The notes under the pieces were generated by a model. That model was given only the letters and a program-made list of their open reading frames with translations. It made no database searches and was not told the origin of the DNA. Shown here piece after piece: positions 26,083 to 39,904 of a DNA stretch of 64,000 nt; position 1 is the stretch's first letter, and each line of letters begins with the position of its first letter. Source of the stretch: Octopus bimaculoides (taxonomy: Eukaryota); NCBI RefSeq assembly GCF_001194135.2, contig NC_068981.1, positions 156,455,284 to 156,519,283 on the forward strand, written 5' to 3'. A program made the position numbers and the translations under genes.

Positions 26083-26708
26083 ATCATCATCATCATCATC
26101 ATCATTTAATGTCCATTGAAAGGTTTGACAAGAGCTGTGTAGCTGAAGAGCTGCCCAGGCTCCATGTCTTGTTTCGACATGGTTTCTACAGAGGGATGCC
26201 TTTCCTAACGCCAACCACTTTTTATGGAAGAAATTCCAAGCTCGAACCCTTACTACTTTTTCAGTATCTTGTAAAAGGAAAAGAGCAAAGGAGTCAACCT
26301 TGACAGCAAATCAAAGGAAGTAGCCCCTCAAGTAGTCTGGTGTCCTTTTTGACAACTCCAGAGTAGTTGCAGCTCTCTAGCCCTGTAAGGCAATTTACAA
26401 TGAAGAAAGCCACTCCAATCTAAATCTTACAGCTTGCTGGTCATGGCAGTTATCTTAAGCCTGCTGAGTCACTGTTAATTTGTCAAGTCTAAAGAACAGG
26501 ATTGGATTGTGAGGAGGGACTCTCTATTAAGCACAGACAGGAGAAAAACCCTGCATCATCAAGGATCATTTTAGCCAATTAAGGACATACTACTTTTCAT
26601 CATGATCTTTGGGCATGAAGGAACTGCCATCAATATAAAGGAAGAGTGTCTAGTTTAGATGATTGTCTGAGAGAGAATAGGATAAGGGAGAGAGAATGAA
26701 TAGGAAGA

Positions 26709-26818
<110 letters not shown>

Positions 26819-27651
26819 AAAGAATGGTAAGAACAGAGAATTTATTATTATTTGAAGTTTTGTTTTGAATTTTTAAAATACCTGTTTTGAGTTGAAATGC
26901 ATGAAAAAATTTCAGTCAGGTTTTGACAAAAATCTGTTATGGCATTCATCTAATCTGTGATTATAAAGGGTTTTTTTTTCTGTTTATCATCATTATTATT
27001 ATTATTATGGCGCTGAGTTGGCAGAATCATATGTGTGTTGGACAAAATGCTTTGCAGCATTTCTTTTGCCTCTTTACGTTCGGAGTTTAAATTCTTCTGA
27101 GATTGACTTTGCCTTTTATCCTTTCAGGGTTGATCAAATAAGTACCAATTGAGCACTGGTGTCAATTTTATTGACTAGTCCCTCCTTAAGAATTTCAGAC
27201 CTTGTGCCTATAGTGGAAAAGATTATTATTCCCCTCCCTCAAAATAGTTGGCCTTGTGCCAAAATGTGAAATCATTATTATTATTTATTTATTTATTTAT
27301 TTATTTATCTTTTGACATTTGATAGTTTCAGGCAAATTTCTATTGCATCAGCTACTATACCTCCATGTCACTGAGGTATGTGCAGCATTGCATGTTTTTT
27401 TGTTGTTTGGGGGAATGCAAGCTCTTCCCGGTATTGTACTGCATCTATTTGTTTTGCTATGGTGTTTGGTTGAAGTATTTTGTTGCGTTAGTGTTTGTAT
27501 TGTGTGTTGCATGTATAATGTGAGCTGTGTTCTCCTGTTGGGTGTCCAGTTTTTAGATTACATGCTGTGGGGGTGATTTAATTTATTGGATATTTACTGT
27601 ATAGAGTGTTTCTTGTTTATGGATTGTTTTATTTGGGTTTGTTTAGTATAA

Positions 27652-27835
27652 TTATTCACTAAGGCAGAGGTATTGTTTTCAGTCATGTTTGTTTGTTTGA
27701 CCGTGGACAAGATATCACAAGAACAGCTGGATGGATTTGAATGAAACTTTCAGGGATGGTTGACCTCGTGAATGGCACAAACTGATTAAATTTTGGGATT
27801 GATCGCGTCCTGGACAAGGATTCTATATTATTTTC
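27652..27835 (+). mobile_element. Helentron-associated INE (DINE-1/HINE-like) fragment
   Basis: ttattcactaaggcagaggtattgttttc, (GTTT)n, then gctggatggatttgaatgaaacttt; a similar architecture at about 50410-50600. Confidence 0.55.
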
Positions 27836-28254
27836 CGTTTTTTTTTACTTTATTTTTGAGAGTGGTCAGGTTCAACTTCTAGTTTATGGATTTATAAACC
27901 TTCTTTTATAATGGTAGAGATAACAAAAGATGCCCCAAGATGCACTGAATTGACTAACTGGAAATGGTGTTGATTTTAATGTAACAGTGATTTTGTATTT
28001 TTTATTGAGCAGGGGACCAGATTGAAATTTGCTGTGGGCTGTGTTTGATACTCCTATTCTAAAGTATCTCCTTTACCCACATAGCAGTTCATGATAATAC
28101 TGCTATGCCAGTCACTGGGAATACCACCTCCTACCTACATGAGTATGCCCTACTTAGCCAGCTATTTTAAGCATCTTGAGACTGTTTCTGACTATTATTA
28201 GAAATAAAACCTCATACCTAATTATAAGTAACCAGGATGTTGTACTCTGTCACC

Positions 28255-28550
28255 TATTTTAAGCATTTTGAGATTATCCCTGCTTTCTTATCCTTAATGG
28301 TCTTTTCTATCATCTGGTAGTCAATTTCAACAGCGATTCCCTCCACTGGATCCACTTGGGATAATCCCATTTTTACACACATATTTTTCTTATTCAGCAA
28401 CTGATTGAAGTATTGCTTGTATGCCTCTTTTTTTCTTAGCTTCAGTGTGAGTACATTAATATCATTGTGTGCAATGTTTGTCAGTCTTGATAGACACTGA
28501 CACATTGCCTTGCAATTGGATCGTCTCATTGTGCAGAACACCAACAAACC
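28255..28550 (-). mobile_element. Decayed RTE linker-region fragment
   Basis: EAYKQYFNQLLN...VDPVEG...IEKTIKDKKAG resembles the segment preceding the RTE RT domain. Confidence 0.55.
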
Positions 28551-30918
28551 TCACTTGATATTAGTTGCTCTCCACCTTCCCATGTTTGTATGGCTCTCTT
28601 TTTTACTATTTAACTAGCATGTCACTATGGGAACTTATTCTGTCCGTAAACCTAGTCTGGAGACTGAACAAATGTCCAAGTGTCATCTGTCTCTTCCTCC
28701 TTGTCAAAACATTGCAGTGTGTTTTGAAAGTTAACTATGGTACATTGAACAGTTAGTTTCTATAGCTGTCCAGTACCTTGGGCAAGGGTCTTCTGCAATA
28801 GCTCTGGGATGACCAAAGTCTTATGAGTAGATTTGGTAGATGGAAATCCACTCACAAAAAAAGTCCATCTTAAATATGTTTGTCTCTTTGTTTTCTCCTT
28901 GTTGTCAACAAACATCATCACTATACAAATAGTGTCATTAGAATGCTATTTTCTGTGAAAATATGTCCAGCCACTGTGCTGTTCATGTTCAAAGAATTAG
29001 AGGAAATGGCTCCATGCAAGCTTGGGGAAGCAGACAACAATGACAATGATGATTATCTGCCTTCTCCAAGTTATCTCTAAGTTTATACATCACTGGGGGG
29101 AAAATTTAGTATTTATAATTTGGTGTTATCATGCTTTCTTGTGAAAATGATGTCTACCTAGCTAGCAGGTTTCTGAGTGTTAGCTGGTTTTCTGAAATAT
29201 ATGTTAAAAATGTTTAAGTTAGTTGCATCACAGAAGTTGAAGAGACTTGATCCCTCTTCATTACTATATCTTACATGTCATTTTGATATTATCCAACATA
29301 TCTAATTAAATTACCAGCCTTTATAATGAAGTCACTGTCGTCCGCTTTAGAAGTAGACTAAATTTTTTGCTCATTTGTCAGTCCTGATTGCAGTGCATTT
29401 GCAAAGGATGTTATTATTACCATGTTGCTTATGATGTCAAGACTTAATTATTACACCATACTCTACTCCAACCACCCAAAAGAATTTGCAGTTCTGGAGT
29501 TAAACCACAGCTAAACATCATCACTCACTTTGTACACAACACACAGCTGCTCACTCCTATCATCTCCACAATCTACTTCCATCATGCTAGGTTTAACAGT
29601 GACAACCTTTAAGTTCTGCATCTCAAGGGAAGAGAATTGCTGAGATTGCTTGATGGTGATTGAGGTGGAGCGCTCACACCTGGTTGTCCCACCATCAAGC
29701 ACAACATTAACAATAATAGTAGATAGTTCAGTTAACATTTTCACTAAATTTCATATTTTTGGATATAATTTGGTAAGATTTTTACAACTTGATATCCTAC
29801 CAATCAACAACTACTTTACCAATGAATTAAATGCATTTTGGTATGATACCAGCAAGAGAGGATAATTGCACCTGTATACAAGAACTTTTATTCAGTTACT
29901 GTTCTCATAAATGGGTTGCTGAGTTGACACCTTTTCTGTAAAAATAAAACAAACAAAATTCCTTTTTGCTGGTTTCTGGATTTGTTTGGAGTGCCTAACT
30001 CTATAGACACATCACCTTCACTATCTGTCAATGATATTGCTTGCAGTGGGGTAAGTAAGATTGCATTAAGTAGTCTAAAACTGTATCCACAGCATAAGTA
30101 GATGGTACCATCATCATTTTACAATTACTTCTTTATGCAGGCATGGGTTAGGTGGGTCAAACGTCTTGCTCATATGTTCATTTTGGCATGATATCTGCAG
30201 CTGGCTATTCTTCCTATCACTTTGCAAATTGAACTAAGTATATTTAACCATGACATCTTGAGTTGACTCCACCTGTACATTCCTTTCCTTCTCACTCAAC
30301 TAGGTGTGTAGACAGTGACAATTTGTCTTGTCACATGGGTGATGTGATAAGAGGGTAAGAGAAAAAACAAAAACTGTAACATCAATGTATTACACCTCAT
30401 GTTATTTGCACATTTGTTTAACATGTCTATGAGTGAGAGAGATAACATACATTCTCATACACAATTTACATGTTTCATAGTGCGTTACAGGACTTTTCCT
30501 CATGTGCACAGTAAAATCTACATTAAGTGCACAAACAGTCCGACAAAGTGAGCATTTGTTGTTCTAACTTTACACTGATATTGTCCCTATTTACAGCTAC
30601 AAGAACTGGGACAGCTAAAGTAAAATTTTTACCAGCTCAATATAGTGCATTATCAGTGACAAGATATGAACCAGCCACCTTTTAGTTCATTGGTTGATAA
30701 CTCATCATCAGCTAATTAACTAATTCTATCCAACAAATACTGAATATGAAAAAAGAAAAATCATAAAAGGACTTTCTTGGAGAAGTGTATATGTAAACAA
30801 ATTTTTTTTAATAATTGGAAAAATGTGAGGAATCATCACTATTTCTATCCAACATTTTAGTAAAGTTCCAAATAAACTGTATTGAAATAAACAAATTCAT
30901 TGTTACAGGAAAAACAAA

Positions 30919-30924
30919 TTTATT
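30919..30924 (-). terminator. Candidate RUVBL1 polyadenylation signal AATAAA
   Basis: tttatt on plus, about 32 nt past the stop codon; usage not shown. Confidence 0.45.
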
Positions 30925-30955
30925 TAAGAAATTATGTGTTGTGATGTACTTTCTT

Positions 30956-31120
<165 letters not shown>

Positions 31121-31343
31121 TTAAGAAATAAGAAAATTGTCAGTTTGTCAATACCATACAAATAAATGGGAAATTTGTCAAGAATTTGTCATCTAACTAT
31201 CAAGTCACAAAAAGGAACATATAAATGCTACTAAAAGTAGTAACAGATCTTCTTCAAATCATACATAATTGGAACAAATATAGATAAAATGTAAAGAGTA
31301 CTTTTATTTAATCTAGAATCAATCTAGAATATTAAAGTATTAC

Positions 31344-31435
31344 CTGAGTGTGGAATTAGTTCCAGTCAAGCTGAGTAACTGTAAAGATTCATCACTGATG
31401 TGAATTGATTCAGTTTGTGAGCGAATACCTAGGAT
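31344..31435 (-). CDS. RUVBL1: RuvB-like 1 coding exon 9
   Basis: ILGIRSQTESIHISDESLQLLSLTGTNSTL(R); 92 nt, AG/GT flanks, phase 0 to 2. Confidence 0.95.
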
Positions 31436-32191
31436 CTGTTGAGGAAAAGGGTCAATGACCAAAATATAAAGACTCTTCTTTTAAAGAATTGCACATTTCT
31501 AAATTAATGAATAATAAACAATCAAATTTCAATAACTGAACAAAAACCCTAACCAGTTGGTATTTAATAGAATTCAAAACAATTTACTTGAATGGTGATA
31601 AATTCATTGTCCCAAACATGCCTAAATTTTCATTCAAATGATTATATGATTATTTGAAATGTAATAATTGTTTTGTTTGCCTTGAAGTTAGAAAAGTTTT
31701 GTAACAAACCTGATATTATACATTATCTAATTTTAATTAGAATTATTTGGCCAATGTAATCTAAATTTTGTATTTAATGTTTAATGTTAGAACAAAAAGT
31801 AAAACCAAACACTGTACCAGTTCCAAATTCAGATATTTGTTGTCACCTACATATTTTTAAAGATCTGTTTGTAGATAGTATTTGTTTTAATAGCAAGAGT
31901 ACCTTGTTTTCAACAACTGAATTAAAAAGGAGCTGGTACAAAACTGGAGTAAAAATATATTCTACAGACAATAAAACGATTTATAATCATTGCATCATTC
32001 TACCTGACGATCATCAATTGTACAATGTTCTCACAAATCATCAATCGTACAGAGTTATCTTAGCAACCATCAGTCTATACAGCTACCTTACCAACCATAA
32101 ATTCATAGAGTTATCCAACCGTTGTTACTAGTACACTAATGATCTTTGGTCACATAACACAACTTGGACTCAATGTTTTCTTCTTGAATTA

Positions 32192-32560
<369 letters not shown>

Positions 32561-34435
32561 TCAAGCTTTGCCATAGGAACTTGATCAACTCTAAAATGAT
32601 TAATAAATTGACTCTACTAACAGTATAGAGTCCCACCATCAGTAAATGGTGTTTGTTTTCTATAAACTACACACACACACACACGTCCATGCATACATAT
32701 TAGCTGATACTTGATCAAAAAAATATTTACATCTTACATTGCAAAAAACTAAGTAGTTAAAATGGTCACCATCACAGAAAAAGAATAAAAGACATAACCA
32801 AATCGATAGTTTTCAAAGGAGCGCTGCAGTCTAAAAACACTGACACTAGCGCATGCTTGGTATTTAATCAAACTCAAAGAAATAATTGGCAAAGATGATA
32901 TCAGAGAAACTTAAACTCAGAATGTGAAAAAATGTAACCAAATGTCCTGTATCTAATTCAATTCTACCATTTCTACAACTCAACTACCCTTGTAGAGATA
33001 ACAGAAAACAAATATAACCCCTTTAACATTTAAACAGACCATATCTGGCCAAAATATTCTACCCGTTTTATGTTCAAACCATCCAAATCCAACCTCTCGC
33101 ACCTACCCTATAATATTAATAACAATAACCTTACAATAAAATAAACAATCACATCATTGAAATTTCAAAGTTACAAGATAATGCTTGATTAATTCAAAAC
33201 AACGTGAATAAATGAGTATTACAAAGTAATTTGAATGCTAAAGGGTTCAATTATGTTGTAGCTGCCTGATTTTTATTATTTGTTGAAAGCAAGTCTTGAT
33301 CTAAGCTTGTGAAGGGACTTTTCAGATGACAAGTGGAAATAAGAAAGATTAAGATGGTTAATACAGAGTTTGAAAGGACAAAGTGTAGCATGAGATGAGA
33401 AGAAAAAGATGAGTTCCACAAAGTAATACATTTTAGAATAAAAACCATACATAGTTTTATTTCTGTACTGACTTCTTTGAATTTTAATTTTAGTTGAGGT
33501 CATCAACATTTGCCTTTCAAGACCTTCCGTCTTGTACAATCCTTTTTAAACAACTTTTGGTCCTCCAGTTTCCCTAAAGGCCTTTCACCAAAAGATGTCA
33601 TCAGTCACTGAGGTGAAGAGAATCTCATTTGCATGTGATTTCTCTCAATATTTACATTGCAAGAAATGTTTTAATATGACAAGGCTGCTAATCCATTTAT
33701 CACTCTCACTCTCACCACCAACCTGGAGAATCAGGTCCATGTTAGCAGCCTGTTACATGCCTACATATAGATGCCATTCATTATATCTCCTGGATGGATC
33801 CCTACAAATAAATGGGGAATTTGTCAAGGATTTCAATGGAATACCATTATCACCAAATGCTTGGTTGAATGATTCTTTTTAATAGTTACTGCCCTCCTAC
33901 ATAGGTTGGAATATTACACCATGTTCATACACTTCATTTTTGGCTTTGTTTCCATAGATATATGCCCTTTACCATAATATCAAAACTACATATGTTGTCA
34001 TGTCCCTGATAAGCCTACACTGCCTTAGGGTGCACTTTACAAAATATTGGATGCATTTTATTATAGAACCACTTTACAGTGTACAGGGTATATTTTATTA
34101 CGGCACCAAGAATACAGAGGTTGTCATGTCTCTAATAAGAATAAAGAGTCCTAAGACCCTACATTGTCTTGGTACACAAACAAGCATGCACATATGTATA
34201 TAGATACATATATATTTATGACAGACTTCTATCAGTTTCTGCCTACTAAATCTACTCACAAGCATTTGGTCATAGTAAAAGACATGTGCATAAGGTGCTG
34301 CACTGTAGGTAAGAACTCATAAAGCCATGTCTGCCCTTATACGGCCATGCCTGTGTCTATACTAAGATAAATAATAGACACTTCTACCATGAATTCAATT
34401 CAATCAATAAAGTTAAATATCATTAAATAATCTTA

Positions 34436-34672
<237 letters not shown>

Positions 34673-34722
34673 TCAGGAAAGTTTCACAACAAAAGATTCC
34701 AATTAAAAAGAATAAATCTTAC

Positions 34723-34786
34723 CAGTGATTTCAGTTTTCTTTGGTTTCATTAGACTACTCATCATTGACATTACGTCTTGACCACC
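34723..34786 (-). CDS. RUVBL1: RuvB-like 1 coding exon 6
   Basis: GGQDVMSMMSSLMKPKKTEIT; 64 nt; AG/GT flanks. Confidence 0.96.
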
Positions 34787-36090
34787 CTAAGAAAATAATT
34801 AAGGTAACAATATTAATGAAAAACAAAATAGCATCTAAGAGAATGCAACAAAATAAAATTTTATATAGACACACACACACATATATAGTTGTTCACTTTA
34901 CAACTGTTTTCCCATGCTAACATAGGTTGGGTGAATACATACTGAAACACTGTTTTACAGCCAGACCATCTTTCAAGTAAGGGTATCATTTTATTCCACT
35001 TGTCTTTGAAAGTGCTGAGCAAGTGAATGACTTGATGCAAAGAGCCAACAAACTCCACTCCTAATAAGCAGGCACATTCAGGAAAAATGCAAAATGTAAA
35101 CATTATGATGCCTGTGTACAAACTGCAATGCTACATGAGTGAGACATGGGTTTTGAATGCAGACGACTTGCAAAGGCTAGAAAGAAATGAAGTTAGCCTG
35201 CTCCATTGAATGTGCAACATAAGTGTGTATGAATAACAAAATGTAAACATGTCGAGACCAAAATTGGGCATAAGTGTAATCAGGATGACTGGAGATGTGC
35301 AACGCTGAGAAGGCCTATCCAATTTGGCAAAAACTGAGATTCTGTAAACACAATGTGTGTGTGTGTATAAATTTCTCGCTCTACACCACATCATCAGTAA
35401 ACTCCAACTCAAGAGCATATGTCTTTCGTTGGTGTTTTTGTGGCTAGTCTTGGACCAAATGCAGTTTGCCAGCCCATGTGCAGGATGTTTTTAGAAGACA
35501 CCACCTGTGTAGATGGCCATTGGCTCACAATGCGGTCATCAATCCTTTGACAGGTCTTGCTTTTAGTCCTGCAGAATGTCCACAGCAGCTGTTTCACCTG
35601 GCAAGCCAGGTGGAGGAATCAGTGTAGGTGCCAACCACTCAACCATGAAACAGGTAATACTGGATTACATGGTACCAGCAGCAGGTTTTCCTGGCCTGAC
35701 TGTATATCTTAACTCTTAGTATAAAGTCACTTTCTTCTACTGTAGCCCCACCCAATCAATGAAAATCTTCAATCTTGCAAGCTGCAATACAACCTCACTA
35801 GTGCTGATCTACCACAAAAAAAGGGTGTACAGTACACTCATAAGTGGTTGACATTAGGAAGGGCATTCAACCATAGAAACTATGCCAAAGCAGATACTGA
35901 AACATGATGTAGTCTTTGGACTTGACAGATCCAGTTCAACAGTCATTATTAAAGCAATGATTTTACAACTGGATGTTCTTCACAGCATCAACTATCAGAC
36001 AAGCATCTTCCACCCACCAGGTATCTTTTAAAATACTTTTCCTAGTCAGCTGAATACAATAAAAAATATCCAAAGAATTTAGAAACTTAC

Positions 36091-36240
36091 CTGTGGGTGT
36101 GCATTAGCTGTATCCAAATCATGCAGAGTGACATCCTGAATTACCTCCTTTTTCTTGTGGACATCCCCTTTAGGTAAAGGAACATATTCTTCAGCTTCAA
36201 GATCAAATTCTGTAGCATAGCTGTCAGATCTTCCTTGTCT
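36091..36240 (-). CDS. RUVBL1: RuvB-like 1 coding exon 5
   Basis: [50 protein letters not shown]; 150 nt. Confidence 0.97.
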
Positions 36241-36715
36241 CTACAAGAATAAAGGAAAAATAAGCCTTTAAACATTTATTTATTTCTGAAGTGATATTTC
36301 ATTTTCAACTTCATATAACTTTTTCTATTACATCTTACATTTCAATAAAAAAATAAGAGAACAATCAAAATTTTTTTACATAGAAAATTAATGAAATTCA
36401 CAAATTTGACCAACATAAATTTCAAAATTAACAATTAATTCAATTTTGATTGCTTCATTACACAAAGCTGTAAAACCACAGCAAAGTAATTCTTTTCCTT
36501 TACTGGTTTCAGTCATTGGACTGTGTGCATACTGGGTTTTTTAGCTGATCGTATCAACCCTAGTATGTATTTCATGCCATCTCTGGATGAAACACATTCT
36601 GATCTTTGTTAATCAAATTAAGTTACCTTTTGATATAACAGGATGCACTTCAATGCACAGTTTAGACTGGTATACACAGATATACATACATAAGGAAATA
36701 AAAAATTCAACTTAC

Positions 36716-36873
36716 TTTTACAGCACCACTGTTTGATTCAATGTAGATCACATCACCGACTTCAACCTTCTCTTTTTGTAAACTCTCAAAGATGGAAGGG
36801 TCTAATTTTAATTGCTTTGTTCCTTTTGCAGTTTTCAAACCAATTATCACATGACTTACAGTCTTGCCATAGC
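36716..36873 (-). CDS. RUVBL1: RuvB-like 1 coding exon 4
   Basis: (G)[52 protein letters not shown]; 158 nt. Confidence 0.97.
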
Positions 36874-37894
36874 CTGTATGGAATTGCCATAGTTTAAAAG
36901 TAAAACAGATTAGTATTCAACATTTATATAAAGTACCACCAACTCCCTATTTCACATTCAAGCATTTGGATTGACTCTTAAGAAGAGGGAGTTCTTAAAT
37001 TAGATGATGTCATATGAAGTCATATAGAAAAATGCTGAAAGAAACCCATTTAGCTCATCCTTGCACAGAAACCAGGATAATTATACTCATCATTAACATC
37101 ATACTCAGTGACATAGCATGTGCAACACACCATGAAATAATTTTAATTCCCAGTTACAGCTAATGTTATTTGCAAAAGTTATGAATGCCAGTTATTTTAT
37201 TTTCCTTCTAGTTCTTAGGTAGAGAGGCCAAGATGAAAATCATGTTACTTAGAGGCCAGCAAAATATACTATCTTCACCACCCATACAACATTAAGATAG
37301 TAACAAATCTTGAACAATTTTTCTCCTTTAGAATTACAGCAAACTAGAATTTGTTCCTAATATCCATGCTTTCTCTACAAGTACAAGCTTTCAGAAGATG
37401 AAGTTGAAACATAGATCATATAAGCCTTAGGGAAACAGATTTGTTGTTAAGCTATCTGTGTGGCTAAAGCCTTGGCAAAAGCTATAAACTCTGACAGAGA
37501 AGAGGGCCATTACCCTGTGAATAACTGCTGACATACAAAAAAAAGAGCTAAGGAAGAGATGGATGAGTTAGGTACTGTTAATAGAGCTTCTTAAATTATG
37601 GAAGATGGCTAGAGCTCACAAGAGACAGCTGAGACGCAGCATATTTTTGATTAGAAAACATTGGTAAGGGATGAGTTCTAGAGGACTATAATTATAAGAT
37701 TATGTAAACTATACAGTTATTGATTTCACAACTAAAACATATTATTGTTGTAGACAGAAATTTAGAATGGGCAGGAGAAATAATTTAAAGCAGGTGGTAG
37801 GAGAGATATAAGAACAAACATGTTTAGTAGAGTAACAAAGATAGGTCAGCCCAAAATGGATTCAAAAGGTAAGACTGTTTAGTGAGGTGGGTTT

Positions 37895-39257
37895 CATCAT
37901 CATTGTTTAACGTCTGTTTTCCATGCTGGCATGGGCTGGACGGTTTGACTGAGGTCTGGAAAGCCAGAGGCTGTACCAGGCTCCAATCTGATCTGGTAAT
38001 GTTTCTACAGCTGGATGCCCTTCCTAATGCCAACCACTCCAAGTGTAATGGGTGCTTTTTATGTGTCACTGGCACAGGAGCCAGTCAGGCAGGCCTGGCA
38101 TCGATCATGTTTGGACAGTGCTTTTTATGTGCCACCTGTACAGGAGCCAGTCAGGCAGCCCTGGCATCAATCAGGTTCGGATAGTGCTTTCTACATGCCA
38201 CTGGCATGGGAGCCAGTCAGGTGGACCTGGCATCGACTACATCTGGATGGTCTCCTGCTATTGCCTCCACGAGGCCCAACATTCAAAGGTTATGTTTCAC
38301 CACCTCATCCCATGTCTTCCTGGGTCTACCTCTTCCACAGTTAGGGTGTAACACTTCCTCACACAGCTGTCCTCATCCATACATAACACATGACCATACT
38401 AGTGCAGTTGTCTCCACATTTGATGCTTCTTATGCCCAACTTTTCTCTCAGGGCACTCACACTCTGTTGTGTATGCAAACTGACATTACACATCCAGCGG
38501 ATTATACTAGTTTCACTTCTTTCAAGCCTACGCATGGCCCATGTTTCACTGCTGTGTAGCATGGCACTTCGCACACATGCATCATACAGTCTACCTTCAT
38601 CCTGAGCAAGAGGCCGTTAGTTGCCAGCAGAAGTAGGAGCTCCCTGAACTTTGCCCAGGCTGTTCTTATTCTAGCAGCTACACTCTCAGAGCAAACACCC
38701 CCACTACTAACTTGGTTGCCTAGGTAGCAGAAGCTGTCAACTACTTCTAGTTTTTTTCCCTGGCATGTGACGGAATCTGTTTTTTGTATATCTTCAGTGT
38801 TTATTGCCCTGTGCGTCTGCAACACACAAAAACTATCTTCTCGATCAACCTTCCTTTGATATTGCTGCACCTTTTTTGTGTCCATAGCTTACACTGGGTA
38901 CATTGTATGAAGTTTCTACCCATGCCTTTTCTACAGATCGAGCAGGGCCATCTATCTGAAAGGGTTTGTGATTTGTCAGACTTCCTACTTACCAAGACTT
39001 TGGTTTTTGCTAGGTTAACCCTAAGGCCCTTTGATTCTAGACCTTGCTTCCACACCCTAAACATCGTCTCTAGTTTTGGCAGTGACTTGGCTATTAGAGC
39101 AAGGTCATCAGCATAAAGGAGCTCCCAGGGGCAGCCTGTGCTGAATTCCTGTTATTGCTTGGAGGACTATGAATAAGAGGGGGCTGAGGGCTGATCCTTG
39201 GTGAACCCCTACTTCTACCTGGAATTCGTCACTATACTCGTTGCCAACCCTCACCTT
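37895..39257 (-). mobile_element. 5'-truncated RTE LINE in a RUVBL1 intron (same orientation as the gene)
   Basis: WKQGLESKGLRVNLAKTKV, Cys-rich finger, KLEVVDSFCYLG, 3' UTR and (GAT)n tail; ORFs 38801-39064, 38502-38885, 38359-38574. Confidence 0.92.
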
Positions 39258-39447
39258 ACTAAATAGCTAAAATTTTATCTGTAATGTTATCTTAGCTGTT
39301 ATGATCTAAGTTACTCTAGCCAAGATCATTTCCATTTTTTAAGGCAGGATGGTGTGATTTCAGAGAAATTTGACTGATATTACCAGCAGGTCAAATGATT
39401 GTGGAGAGGTTCCATTATGTTTTAATGTTACAAAATTACTAGCACTA

Positions 39448-39699
<252 letters not shown>

Positions 39700-39790
39700 C
39701 TATATAAGAACAAAATAAAATATATAAACATTTTTGTTGAGAGTAAAAAGTGTTCATATACATCAGTGTATATGGTCACATGCATCTTTA

Positions 39791-39904
<114 letters not shown>

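Noticed and set aside
29511-29744. Minus-strand 77-aa ORF just downstream of RUVBL1
   Set aside because: Non-ATG start, no recognisable homology or splice partners, and RUVBL1 already ends at 30956.
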